Shown one piece after another: positions 1 through 7,224 of a DNA stretch of 12,191 nt. Under the pieces are notes generated by a model. The model was not told the origin of the DNA, did no database searches, and saw nothing but the letters and a program-made list of their open reading frames with translations. Every line of letters starts with the position of its first letter. The stretch's first letter is position 1. Source of the stretch: Myxococcota bacterium (lineage in GTDB: Bacteria > Myxococcota > JACRCW01). The DNA lies in contig JBFMGU010000306.1 of NCBI GenBank assembly GCA_040752415.1, positions 1 to 12,191 on the forward strand, in the 5' to 3' direction. Made by a program: the position numbers and the translations under genes.

Positions 1-102
1 GTCCGCCTCCTCCGCGCTGCAACCCCGCCCCCGAGCACGCGGGCGCATTCCATGACGACAGGGGCGGCGGGACCGGTTCCCGCCCCCCTCCAGGGCCCCG
101 AG

Positions 103-2898
103 ATGCTGCGCAACTTCTTCTTCGCGTTGATCGTCGTGTGCGCGTCCCACGACGTGGTCCTGGCGGAGGAGCCCGCGACCACCGGCACGCTGCGCGGCAC
201 CGTGGTGTCCACCCAGGGCGGCAAGCCCGTGGCGGGTGCCTGGGTGGTGGTGCAGGGCTCGGAGGCCAACGCGCAAACCGACGAGAACGGGCGCTTCGAG
301 CTCGCGCTCGCTCCCGGTCGTCACACCCTCAGCATCCTGCACATGGACTTTGGAACGCAGGACGTGGAGACGGTGGAGATCGTCGTCGGGGAGGTGGCGG
401 AGATGCGCGTGGAGCTCACGCCGGCTGCGCCGCAGCAGGACACGCTCACCACCGAGGCGGAAGCCTTTGCCGTGGAGGCCGCGCCGCCCCCGCCTTTTGC
501 CGAGAAGAAGCCCATGGGTGAGACGGTGACCGAGACCATCTCCGCCGCGGAGGTCTCTCGCGCGGGAGATTCCGACGCCGCCAGCGCGCTCCGACGCGTC
601 ACCGGTCTGACGCTGGTAGGCGGGCGCTACATCTACGTGCGCGGCCTGGGTGAGCGTTACTCCAGCACGCTGCTCAACGGTGCCACGCTGCCCAGCCCGG
701 AGCCGGAGCGTCGCGTGGTGCCGCTGGACCTCATTCCCTCCGCCGTCATCGAGGAGATGGTGATCCACAAGACCTACTCCCCGGAGCTTCCCGCGGAGTT
801 CGGCGGCGGCACCATTGCGCTGCGCACACGGGGCATCCCCGAGGAGTTCACCCTCAAGCTCAACGCCACCTCGGGCTATCGCGCGGGCACCACCTTCGAG
901 CGTGGGCTCACCTACCACGGCGGCCGCCTGGACGTGCTGGGCGTGGACGACGGCACGCGCGCGCTTCCCACCGACGTCGACCGCGCCTCCAGCAGCCAGC
1001 CCCTGCTCGAGCGCGACCAGTTCTCCACGCGCGGCTACACCGCCGGTGAGCTCGAGGTGTTTGGTGAGCGCATGCCCAACATCTGGAACACCGAACGTGC
1101 CGTGACGCCTCCCAACCTGGGTGTCTCCGGCGTGCTGGGCGACCAGTTGTGCCTGGGCCCGGTGGTGTTGGGTTTCCTCGCCGCGACGTCGTTTGACCAC
1201 GAGTGGGCCACGGTGAAGCGCAAACGGAAATACCTGGTGCTGGGCCAGAACGAGCAGCTCGAGGTGGCGCACGACTACGACTTCGAGACCAACGAGCACA
1301 ACATCGGGCTGGGCGGCGTGGCCACGGTGGGCGCCAGCATCCTGGATCACCACCTCATCACCTTCACCACGCTGCTCAACCGCGCCACCACCGACGAGGC
1401 GCGCGTCTACCAGGGCCTCAACCGCGACGTGGGCACGGACATCCGCGTCACCCGGCTGGCCTGGGTGGAACGCCAGCTCATGGCACAGCAGCTCACCGGC
1501 ACCCACGTCTTCCCCGTGCTCTGGGACGCGCGGCTGGACTGGCGTTACACCTACGCGCAGGCCACACGGAAGGAGCCGGACCGTCGTGAGGTCCGCTACG
1601 ACCACGAGCCCGGCACCAGCCGCTGGCTGCTCTCCGACCGCCCCGAGGGCAACCAGCGCCTCTACAGCGACCTGCTCGAGCACAACCACGACACCGGCCT
1701 GGACGCGCAGCTCCCCATCCCGCTCTTCGACGGGTACCGCCTGACGGTGCGCTCCGGCGCCATGATCAACTGGCGCACGCGACAGGTGGACACGCGGCGC
1801 TTCAAGTACCAGCACAAGGGCGCGCGCAGCGGCAACTCCGACGTCATCAGCCGTCCCCCCGAGGAGATCTTCACCAGCGAGAACATCGGCGGGGACGGTT
1901 TCCAGCTCGAGGAGGTGACGCGCCAGACCGACAACTACAACGCCACGCAGGTGCTGGTGGCCAGCTACCTGGGCCTGGACTTCCCGCTCTCGCGCGCGTG
2001 GCGCGTCAGCACCGGGTTGCGCGCGGAGTATGCGCTGCAGAAGGTCCGCACCTATGAGCTGTTCAATCCCGACGGAAAACCGGTGGAGTCCCGGCTGGAA
2101 GGCGTGGACTTCCTGCCCGCCACCACCGTCACCTGGCAGCTGCTGGACAACATGATGGTCCAGGGCGCGGCGGGCATCAGTGTCTCCCGCCCGGATTTCC
2201 GCGAGCTTTCCCCGGCCACCTACAACGACGTCACCGGCGGTCGACAGGTCTTCGGCAACCCCGACCTCGAGCGCGCGCTGATTGGCAGCGGGGACCTGCG
2301 CTGGGAGTGGCACCCGGCGCACGCCATGGTGGCGCTCTCGCTCTTCTACAAACACTTCCACAAGCCCATTGAGCAGGTGGTGAAGCCGGGCGCGCAGCAG
2401 TCCATCAGCTACGCCAACGCCAAGAGCGCCGACAACGTGGGTCTCGAGGCGGAATTCAAGCTGCGCTACGGCATCATCCACGAGAGCCTGGACCCGCTGT
2501 ACTTCGCGGTGAACGGCGCGGTGATCCACTCGCAGGTGGAGCTGGACGGCAACAGCGGCATCCAGACGTCACGACGTCGCGCGCTGCAGGGACAGAGCCC
2601 GTACGTCTTCAACGCGCAGCTCGGCTATGACGACCCGCGCACCAGCACCAACGTGGCGTTCGTCTACAACGTGCAGGGTCCGCGCATCGTGGAAGCCGGA
2701 GCGCTGGGCATTCCCGACGTGTACGAGCAGCCGGTGCACCAGGTTGACGTCGTGGCGAGCAAGAAGCTGCCCATGGGGCTGGTGCTCAGTCTCAAGGCGC
2801 AGAACCTGGTGGACCAACCCGTGACGTTCACGCAGGGCGGGCAGGTGGTGGAGAGCTTCCGCCGTGGTCGCGCTGTGGTGGTGGGCGTGGGGATGTGA
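103..2898 (+). CDS. TonB-dependent outer-membrane receptor/transporter with N-terminal carboxypeptidase-regulatory-like (SusC-type) extension, 931 aa
   Basis: ORF 52..2898. ATG at 103 gives a signal peptide (MLRNFFFALIVVCASHDVVLA|EE), so it is preferred to 52. N-terminal domain GTLRGTVV..G.PVAGAWV....A.TDENGRFEL.L.PGRHTL; plug motifs DAASALRRVTG and YVRGLGERYSSTLLNG..LPSPEPERRVVPLDLIPS..IE; beta-barrel motifs SRPDFRELSP, GNPDL, LFYKHF..PIE, LQGQSPY..N and LSLKAQNLVD. Directly upstream of tonB-exbB-exbD. Confidence 0.93.
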   Translation: MLRNFFFALIVVCASHDVVLAEEPATTGTLRGTVVSTQGGKPVAGAWVVVQGSEANAQTDENGRFELALAPGRHTLSILHMDFGTQDVETVEIVVGEVAEMRVELTPAAPQQDTLTTEAEAFAVEAAPPPPFAEKKPMGETVTETISAAEVSRAGDSDAASALRRVTGLTLVGGRYIYVRGLGERYSSTLLNGATLPSPEPERRVVPLDLIPSAVIEEMVIHKTYSPELPAEFGGGTIALRTRGIPEEFTLKLNATSGYRAGTTFERGLTYHGGRLDVLGVDDGTRALPTDVDRASSSQPLLERDQFSTRGYTAGELEVFGERMPNIWNTERAVTPPNLGVSGVLGDQLCLGPVVLGFLAATSFDHEWATVKRKRKYLVLGQNEQLEVAHDYDFETNEHNIGLGGVATVGASILDHHLITFTTLLNRATTDEARVYQGLNRDVGTDIRVTRLAWVERQLMAQQLTGTHVFPVLWDARLDWRYTYAQATRKEPDRREVRYDHEPGTSRWLLSDRPEGNQRLYSDLLEHNHDTGLDAQLPIPLFDGYRLTVRSGAMINWRTRQVDTRRFKYQHKGARSGNSDVISRPPEEIFTSENIGGDGFQLEEVTRQTDNYNATQVLVASYLGLDFPLSRAWRVSTGLRAEYALQKVRTYELFNPDGKPVESRLEGVDFLPATTVTWQLLDNMMVQGAAGISVSRPDFRELSPATYNDVTGGRQVFGNPDLERALIGSGDLRWEWHPAHAMVALSLFYKHFHKPIEQVVKPGAQQSISYANAKSADNVGLEAEFKLRYGIIHESLDPLYFAVNGAVIHSQVELDGNSGIQTSRRRALQGQSPYVFNAQLGYDDPRTSTNVAFVYNVQGPRIVEAGALGIPDVYEQPVHQVDVVASKKLPMGLVLSLKAQNLVDQPVTFTQGGQVVESFRRGRAVVVGVGM

Positions 2899-2907
2899 GG
2901 AGGCGAG

Positions 2908-3780
2908 ATGTTCCGCGCATTCGCACCTGAAACACCGTGGTACCGCAGCCCCGCCGACAAGGCGCGCGCGCTGCTGGCCCACCTGGAGCCCGGCGAGCAC
3001 GGACCGCTGCCGCCCGGCATGTTCGGCGGATTCCATCGTCGTGCTTCGCGCGTGTGGAAGTCGCGCTCGCTGCTCGTGACGGGCTCGGTGCTCTGTCACG
3101 GCGGACTGGCGCTGAGCTTCCTCACCAACCACCCCCCGCCCGAGCCGCCGCCGCCTCCGTCGGTGCCGGTGCTGCTCTACCAGGCGCCGCCGCCGCCACC
3201 TCCGCCGCCACCGCCACCCGCCGCCACCGTCAGCAAGCCGCGCGTGAAACCCATCCGCACGCCCTCCGTGCGCCCCGAGCTCACCGTGCCCAAGAAGGAG
3301 CCGGAGAAGCCCGCGGAGCCCGCGCCCGAACCGGAGCCCGAGGCCGCGGAGCCCGAGCCCGCGGGAGAGCCCGGTGGCGTCGTGGGCGGTGTGGCGGGTG
3401 GCGTCGTCGGTGGCGTGGTGGGGGGACAGCTGGGCGGGCAGTTGCCGCCCAAGAAGGAACCACCGCCCAAACCCGCGCCGGTGGCGGCGAAGGCGGTGCG
3501 TCGCAGCGGAGAGGTGCGCCAGGCGCGACTGCTGCACCGCGTGGAGCCGGTCTATCCCCAGCAGGCCCGCACGGCGCGCACGGAGGGACGTGTGGTCCTG
3601 ATGTTGATCGTCGACGCGTCGGGGCGCGTGACCGATGCGCGCGTGCTCTCGGGTCCCACGTTGCTGGCCCAGGCGGCCAAGCAGGCAGTGCTGCAGTGGC
3701 GCTTTGATCCGGGCCGCAATGGCGACGGAAACGCAGTGATTTCCCAGATTCTCCAACCCATTGATTTCAGGTTGCGCTGA
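2908..3780 (+). CDS. tonB: Energy transducer TonB family protein
   Basis: RBS GGAGG at 2899-2903. Single TM with S-x3-H (SVLCH), Pro-rich linker (PPPPPP, PEPEPE), GGVVGGVAGGVVGGVVGG repeat, and C-terminal TonB domain (PVYPQQARTARTEGRVVL...VDASGRV...AV.QWRFDP...IDFRL). Confidence 0.92.
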   Translation: MFRAFAPETPWYRSPADKARALLAHLEPGEHGPLPPGMFGGFHRRASRVWKSRSLLVTGSVLCHGGLALSFLTNHPPPEPPPPPSVPVLLYQAPPPPPPPPPPPAATVSKPRVKPIRTPSVRPELTVPKKEPEKPAEPAPEPEPEAAEPEPAGEPGGVVGGVAGGVVGGVVGGQLGGQLPPKKEPPPKPAPVAAKAVRRSGEVRQARLLHRVEPVYPQQARTARTEGRVVLMLIVDASGRVTDARVLSGPTLLAQAAKQAVLQWRFDPGRNGDGNAVISQILQPIDFRLR

Positions 3781-3792
3781 GAGGAGAGGAAC

Positions 3793-4515
3793 ATGACTTT
3801 CGAGTGGACGGAAATCTGGGCCCACATGGGCCTGGTGGCGCGCGCGGTGCTCTTCACGCTGGTGTTCATGAGCATCTGGAGCGCGGTGATCGTCGTGGAG
3901 CGGATGTGGCGGCTGCGCAGCGTGGCGCGCACCAGCACCGAGTTCAGCCTCAAGGCGCAGCAGTGGCTGCGGGAGCGCCGGTTTCCGCAGCTGCTGCAGG
4001 CGGAGCAGGAGTACGCGCGCAGTCCGCTGTTCACCGTCGTGGGCGGGGCGGTGCGGGAGTACCTGGAAGGCCTGGAGGCGCAGGCGGTGGGCGACTCCTA
4101 CGACGTCATTGAAGCCGCGCAGCGCTCCGTGGAGCGGAACATCGAGCTGGAGGTCAACCGGCTGCGCAAGGGGCTGGGCGGACTGGCGTCCATCAGCTCG
4201 TCGGCGCCGTTCGTGGGTCTGTTCGGCACCACCTTTGGCATCATCAACAGCTTCCGCGCCATCGGTGTGAGCGGTCAGGGCGACCTTGCCACCGTGGCCC
4301 CAGGCATCGCGGAGGCGCTCATCACCACGGCGGTGGGCATCTTCGTGGCGCTGCCCGCGGTGTGGTTCTTCAACTACCTGATGGGCCGTGTCGACGGGCT
4401 GGGCGCGGACCTGCGCCACGCCGGCAGCGAGGTGGTGGACTTCCTCATCAAGGACATCGGCCGCCACCAGCGTCGTCCGTTCTCCACCGCGCAAGCCGAG
4501 CGGGCGGCGGCATGA
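3793..4515 (+). CDS. exbB: MotA/TolQ/ExbB proton channel family protein
   Basis: RBS GAGGAGAGG upstream. Three TM segments with signature motifs LASISSSAPFVGLFGTTFGII..F and VAPGIAEALITTAVGIFVALPAV..FN. Confidence 0.93.
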   Translation: MTFEWTEIWAHMGLVARAVLFTLVFMSIWSAVIVVERMWRLRSVARTSTEFSLKAQQWLRERRFPQLLQAEQEYARSPLFTVVGGAVREYLEGLEAQAVGDSYDVIEAAQRSVERNIELEVNRLRKGLGGLASISSSAPFVGLFGTTFGIINSFRAIGVSGQGDLATVAPGIAEALITTAVGIFVALPAVWFFNYLMGRVDGLGADLRHAGSEVVDFLIKDIGRHQRRPFSTAQAERAAA

Positions 4516-4934
4516 GCCACGGTCCCTCCCTCGGCGGCGGGCTCAAGGCGGAGCTCAATGTCACCCCGCTCGTCGACGTGGTGCTGGTGCTGCTCATCAT
4601 CTTCATGGTGGTGACGCCCATGATGCACAAGGGTCCCGCCGTGGAGCTGCCGCGCGCGGGCACCTCCGAGAAGTCGCAGCCCGGTGGTGGCGCGCCCATG
4701 GTGCTGTCGGTGACGCGCGAGCAAAGGCTCTTCCTCGGTGACGACGAGGTGGACCTCCCGCAGCTCACCGCGCGCATCCGGGCGCACCTGGGTGCCAATC
4801 CCAACGCGGAGGTGGTGGTGCAGGGAGACCGTCGACTGAGGTTCAAGCACGTGCAGCAGGTGTTGGACGCGTGCAGCGCGGCGGGCGCGCGCCGCCTGGC
4901 AGTGGCGACGCAGGAAGCGAAGAAGGGGTCGTGA
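4512..4934 (+). CDS. exbD: Biopolymer transporter ExbD/TolR family protein (copy 1), 140 aa
   Basis: ATG at 4512 overlaps the exbB stop (ATGA), so it is preferred to the track start at 4362. Signature AELNVTPLVDVVLVLLIIFMVVTP with the essential Asp; periplasmic domain VVVQGDRRL.F..V.QVLD....AG. Confidence 0.92.
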   Translation: MSHGPSLGGGLKAELNVTPLVDVVLVLLIIFMVVTPMMHKGPAVELPRAGTSEKSQPGGGAPMVLSVTREQRLFLGDDEVDLPQLTARIRAHLGANPNAEVVVQGDRRLRFKHVQQVLDACSAAGARRLAVATQEAKKGS

Positions 4935-5032
4935 GATGCAGGTGCCTTCCGGTCGTTCCGTGCAGGCGGAGCTCAATGTCACGCCAATGATCGACGTGGT
5001 GCTGGTGCTGCTCATCATCTTCATGGTGGTGA
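4546..5032 (+). repeat. Direct repeat between the two exbD TM-coding segments (4546-4614 vs 4964-5032)
   Basis: By hand, 64/69 nt are identical, including a perfect 42-nt block (4573-4614 = 4991-5032) and a perfect 19-nt block (4546-4564 = 4964-4982). Confidence 0.8.
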
Positions 5033-5364
5033 GCCCCAAGCGCGACCAGCAGGTGCCGGTGGTGGTTCCGCAGGAAGCCCCCGCCGACGAGCCCGCGCCT
5101 CCCTCCACCACGCCGCCGTTGGTGGTGGCGGTGGCGGAGGATGGTGCGCTTTCCGTCAATGGGACCGCGTTGACGTCGGTGGACGGATTGCCGGCCGCGC
5201 TGGAGAAGGAGGTGGGCACGCGCGCGGAGAAGGTGGTGTTCCTGGGCGCGCACCCGGAGGCGCCGTTCGAGCGCGTCGTCGACGTGATGGACGTGGCACG
5301 CAAGGCCGGCGCGAAACACGTGGGCCTCATCAAGGAGCTGCCCAAGCCCGCCGGCGGGACGTGA
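4936..5364 (+). CDS. exbD: Biopolymer transporter ExbD/TolR family protein (copy 2)
   Basis: Starts 1 nt after the exbD1 stop. Signature AELNVTPMIDVVLVLLIIFMVVSP; C-terminal VFLGAHPEAPFERVVDVMDVARKAGAKHVGL. Confidence 0.92.
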   Translation: MQVPSGRSVQAELNVTPMIDVVLVLLIIFMVVSPKRDQQVPVVVPQEAPADEPAPPSTTPPLVVAVAEDGALSVNGTALTSVDGLPAALEKEVGTRAEKVVFLGAHPEAPFERVVDVMDVARKAGAKHVGLIKELPKPAGGT

Positions 5365-5368
5365 GCGC

Positions 5369-6688
5369 TTAGTTCGGATTCGTCAGGCCCAGCTTGTCCA
5401 GGATGAACCCGTCGGGCATCTCCTGCGGGACCAGAACCAGCCGCTCCACGCCCAGCGTGCGCATCAGGAACTCGACGAGCACCGGGCCGCCGGTGGCCTT
5501 GGGGCCATACGCGTTCCACGCCTCGGTGTTGTTGCGGAGCGCGTCAAACGTCGTTCGGTCCGCGAACATGGCCTGCATCGCCATCGCGTCGGCCAGCGTG
5601 ACGGAGCCGGTGATGATGCCGTAGTTGTCATCCACCTGGCGCTCGCGCTTCAGCTGCTCCATCAGGCCCAGGTACGTTGCGCGGTCGACCCAGTTTCCCC
5701 CGGGATTCAGCTTCCCCTGCCGCAGCAGGAGCGACGACCCGTCTTCCCCCAGCGCGATGATGGCGCGCTCCACGCGCTGGGCCTGGATGTCGTTCTGCAA
5801 CGTCGTCACGAAAGCGGCGGAGGTGTCGTTGGGACTCGCGGCGTCGGGGGGAGTGGCGTCTACGAACGCGGTGGCGAGCGCATCGAGGAACGAGTCTCGT
5901 GCCGAGTCGTAGGTCGCGTGGACGAAGGCCGACGTGTCGTTCTTCTTGGCGAAGTGGTCCGCAGCGGCCTGGCGATAACCGAGCTCCCAGCTCCGCGGCA
6001 GCACGTCGGTGCCACCCAGCGGCCAATAGGAAATCTGGAAGCTGCTGGACCCGGCATCCATGGCAATCATGCCCGGACGACCGCGCGTGGCGGCCCAGTA
6101 CCCGTAGCGTCCCTCGAGACCGCCCGGGATGACGGACGCCTCCACGCCCGTGGCGCCGCGCAATGTCGCCAGGATGTCGTTGGCATTGGGTGCACGCCGT
6201 CCCCACGACGTGGCCACGCCGCCAACCACCTCACCACCGTCTGCCGCGCACTGGTCCACCAGGATTCTGGTGAACTCCACGAGCTCGTCGACGGCGGTTT
6301 CCGGCACCGGCGGATAGGCCGGCGGATTGCTGCCAGAGATGGGGTTGCGCACGTGGTCGCCGAGGTTGAGCTGCACCTTGCAGAAGCGTTCTCCCCTCAA
6401 GCTGAGCCGGTCCCCAGGCACAATGGAATCCACCACGAGCTTGAGGTTGCTGCTGCCGATGTCGATGGCGCAGTGATGCTGGCGCCCGGATTGGGGCGTG
6501 ACGCTCGTCGTGAGCGGGATGTCGCAGTTGATGGATTTGGAGGTGGTGTTGGAGCCGGCGCCGGGGCCGCCGCCCTGGTTGGACGTGCTGCTGCCGCTGT
6601 CGCCACGGAGCGGGACGCACCCGGTGAACGCAAGGGCCATCAGCGCGCCAGCAGTGACACGCTTCCCGGACAGAGAAGAGGGCTTCAT
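5369..6688 (-). CDS. Predicted lipoprotein with a divergent Ppx/GppA (ASKHA, actin-like) phosphatase fold and no HD domain, 439 aa
   Basis: ATG at 6688 has an RBS (AAGGTG) and gives a type II signal peptide MKPSSLSGKRVTAGALMALAFTG|C followed by a Ser/Gly linker. ASKHA motifs appear in order: AIDIGSSNLKLVV, VATSWGRRAPNA, VIPGGLEGRYGY (catalytic Glu position), MDAGSSSFQIS, and C-terminal GGPVLVEFLMRTLGVERLVLVPQEMPDG. Confidence 0.78.
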   Translation of the reverse strand: MKPSSLSGKRVTAGALMALAFTGCVPLRGDSGSSTSNQGGGPGAGSNTTSKSINCDIPLTTSVTPQSGRQHHCAIDIGSSNLKLVVDSIVPGDRLSLRGERFCKVQLNLGDHVRNPISGSNPPAYPPVPETAVDELVEFTRILVDQCAADGGEVVGGVATSWGRRAPNANDILATLRGATGVEASVIPGGLEGRYGYWAATRGRPGMIAMDAGSSSFQISYWPLGGTDVLPRSWELGYRQAAADHFAKKNDTSAFVHATYDSARDSFLDALATAFVDATPPDAASPNDTSAAFVTTLQNDIQAQRVERAIIALGEDGSSLLLRQGKLNPGGNWVDRATYLGLMEQLKRERQVDDNYGIITGSVTLADAMAMQAMFADRTTFDALRNNTEAWNAYGPKATGGPVLVEFLMRTLGVERLVLVPQEMPDGFILDKLGLTNPN

Positions 6689-6955
6689 GTTCACCTTCGT
6701 GTTGGGAGGCTGATGGCGTCCGGCGGCGACGTCGGGAGAAGCATTGCCTCCCGCCCGCCATGAGGGAGCGACCTCAGCGCAGGGGTGGTGGTCGGTGATA
6801 GCGTCGCTGCCGTTCACGCACCGTCGGCGCCACGCATTGTTCACACGAGCTCATCCGGAATCCACGTCACAACGGCGACCGTGAAGCGCGGAACGAGGTC
6901 GCTTCCTTCAGCACATTGGAGGCTGCGCCAGGAAGAGATTGCCCGTTGCTTCGCC

Positions 6956-7186
6956 AACGTCGTGAGCGGACCACACCCTGGAGTGCGGCGGCCTGTCGCC
7001 GCCCTGGCCAGCGCCGAGTGGGTCCTCCGCGGCCGACAGCGGAACCCTGGCGGTCCCCGCGACGGAAAACCGACGACGACTGGGTCTCCCTCGGGCGGTG
7101 GACCATGAACCGGCGTGCAACCGCGCGGCGCTGGCCAGGGCGGCGAGGGCCCGCCGCACTCCAGGGTGTGGTCCGCTCACGACGTT
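6956..7186. repeat. Long inverted repeat (61-bp arms, 109-bp spacer); REP-doublet/REPIN-like or MITE-like element
   Basis: 6956-7016 and the reverse complement of 7126-7186 are identical at 58/61 positions. Each arm contains GGAGT followed by the hairpin GCGGCGG-N4-TCGCCGC (6985-7002), and all 3 mismatches lie in the 4-nt loop. Weaker complementarity extends to about 6941/7202. Confidence 0.85.
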
Positions 7187-7224
7187 CCCGAACCCAATGG
7201 GCCCTTTGTTCGCTGACCACCCGC

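Noticed and set aside
3793..5364. Possible AglR/AglQ/AglS gliding motor or Tol-Pal system
   Set aside because: The genes are co-operonic with a TBDT and a canonical TonB, and no tolB, pal or glt genes are present, so a TonB-ExbBD import system is more parsimonious.
2569..5519. 641-aa and 381-aa minus-strand ORFs over the TonB operon
   Set aside because: Shadow ORFs opposite clearly assigned tbdt, tonB, exbB and exbD genes.
5800..5945. Short internal peptide repeat NDTSA(A)FV occurring twice in the lipoprotein
   Set aside because: Too short and not tandem; there is no basis for assigning it significance.
6689..6844. Upstream extension of the lipoprotein ORF
   Set aside because: ATG 6688 has an RBS and places the signal peptide at the N-terminus.
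6830..6890. Possible Pho box or operator upstream of the lipoprotein gene (TCAC/TCAT words; GTCAC-N10-GTGAA)
   Set aside because: No clean 11-bp periodic CTGTCAT-like repeats; the match is too weak to support by eye.
5369..6950. Slightly lower GC in the lipoprotein region as a sign of horizontal transfer
   Set aside because: Spot checks vary widely and could reflect amino-acid composition; a proper GC3 or codon-usage computation is needed.
6956..7186. Inverted repeat read as a CRISPR array, IS ends or a Rho-independent terminator
   Set aside because: Only two copies, in inverted orientation; no cas or transposase gene, no clear target-site duplication and no U-tract.
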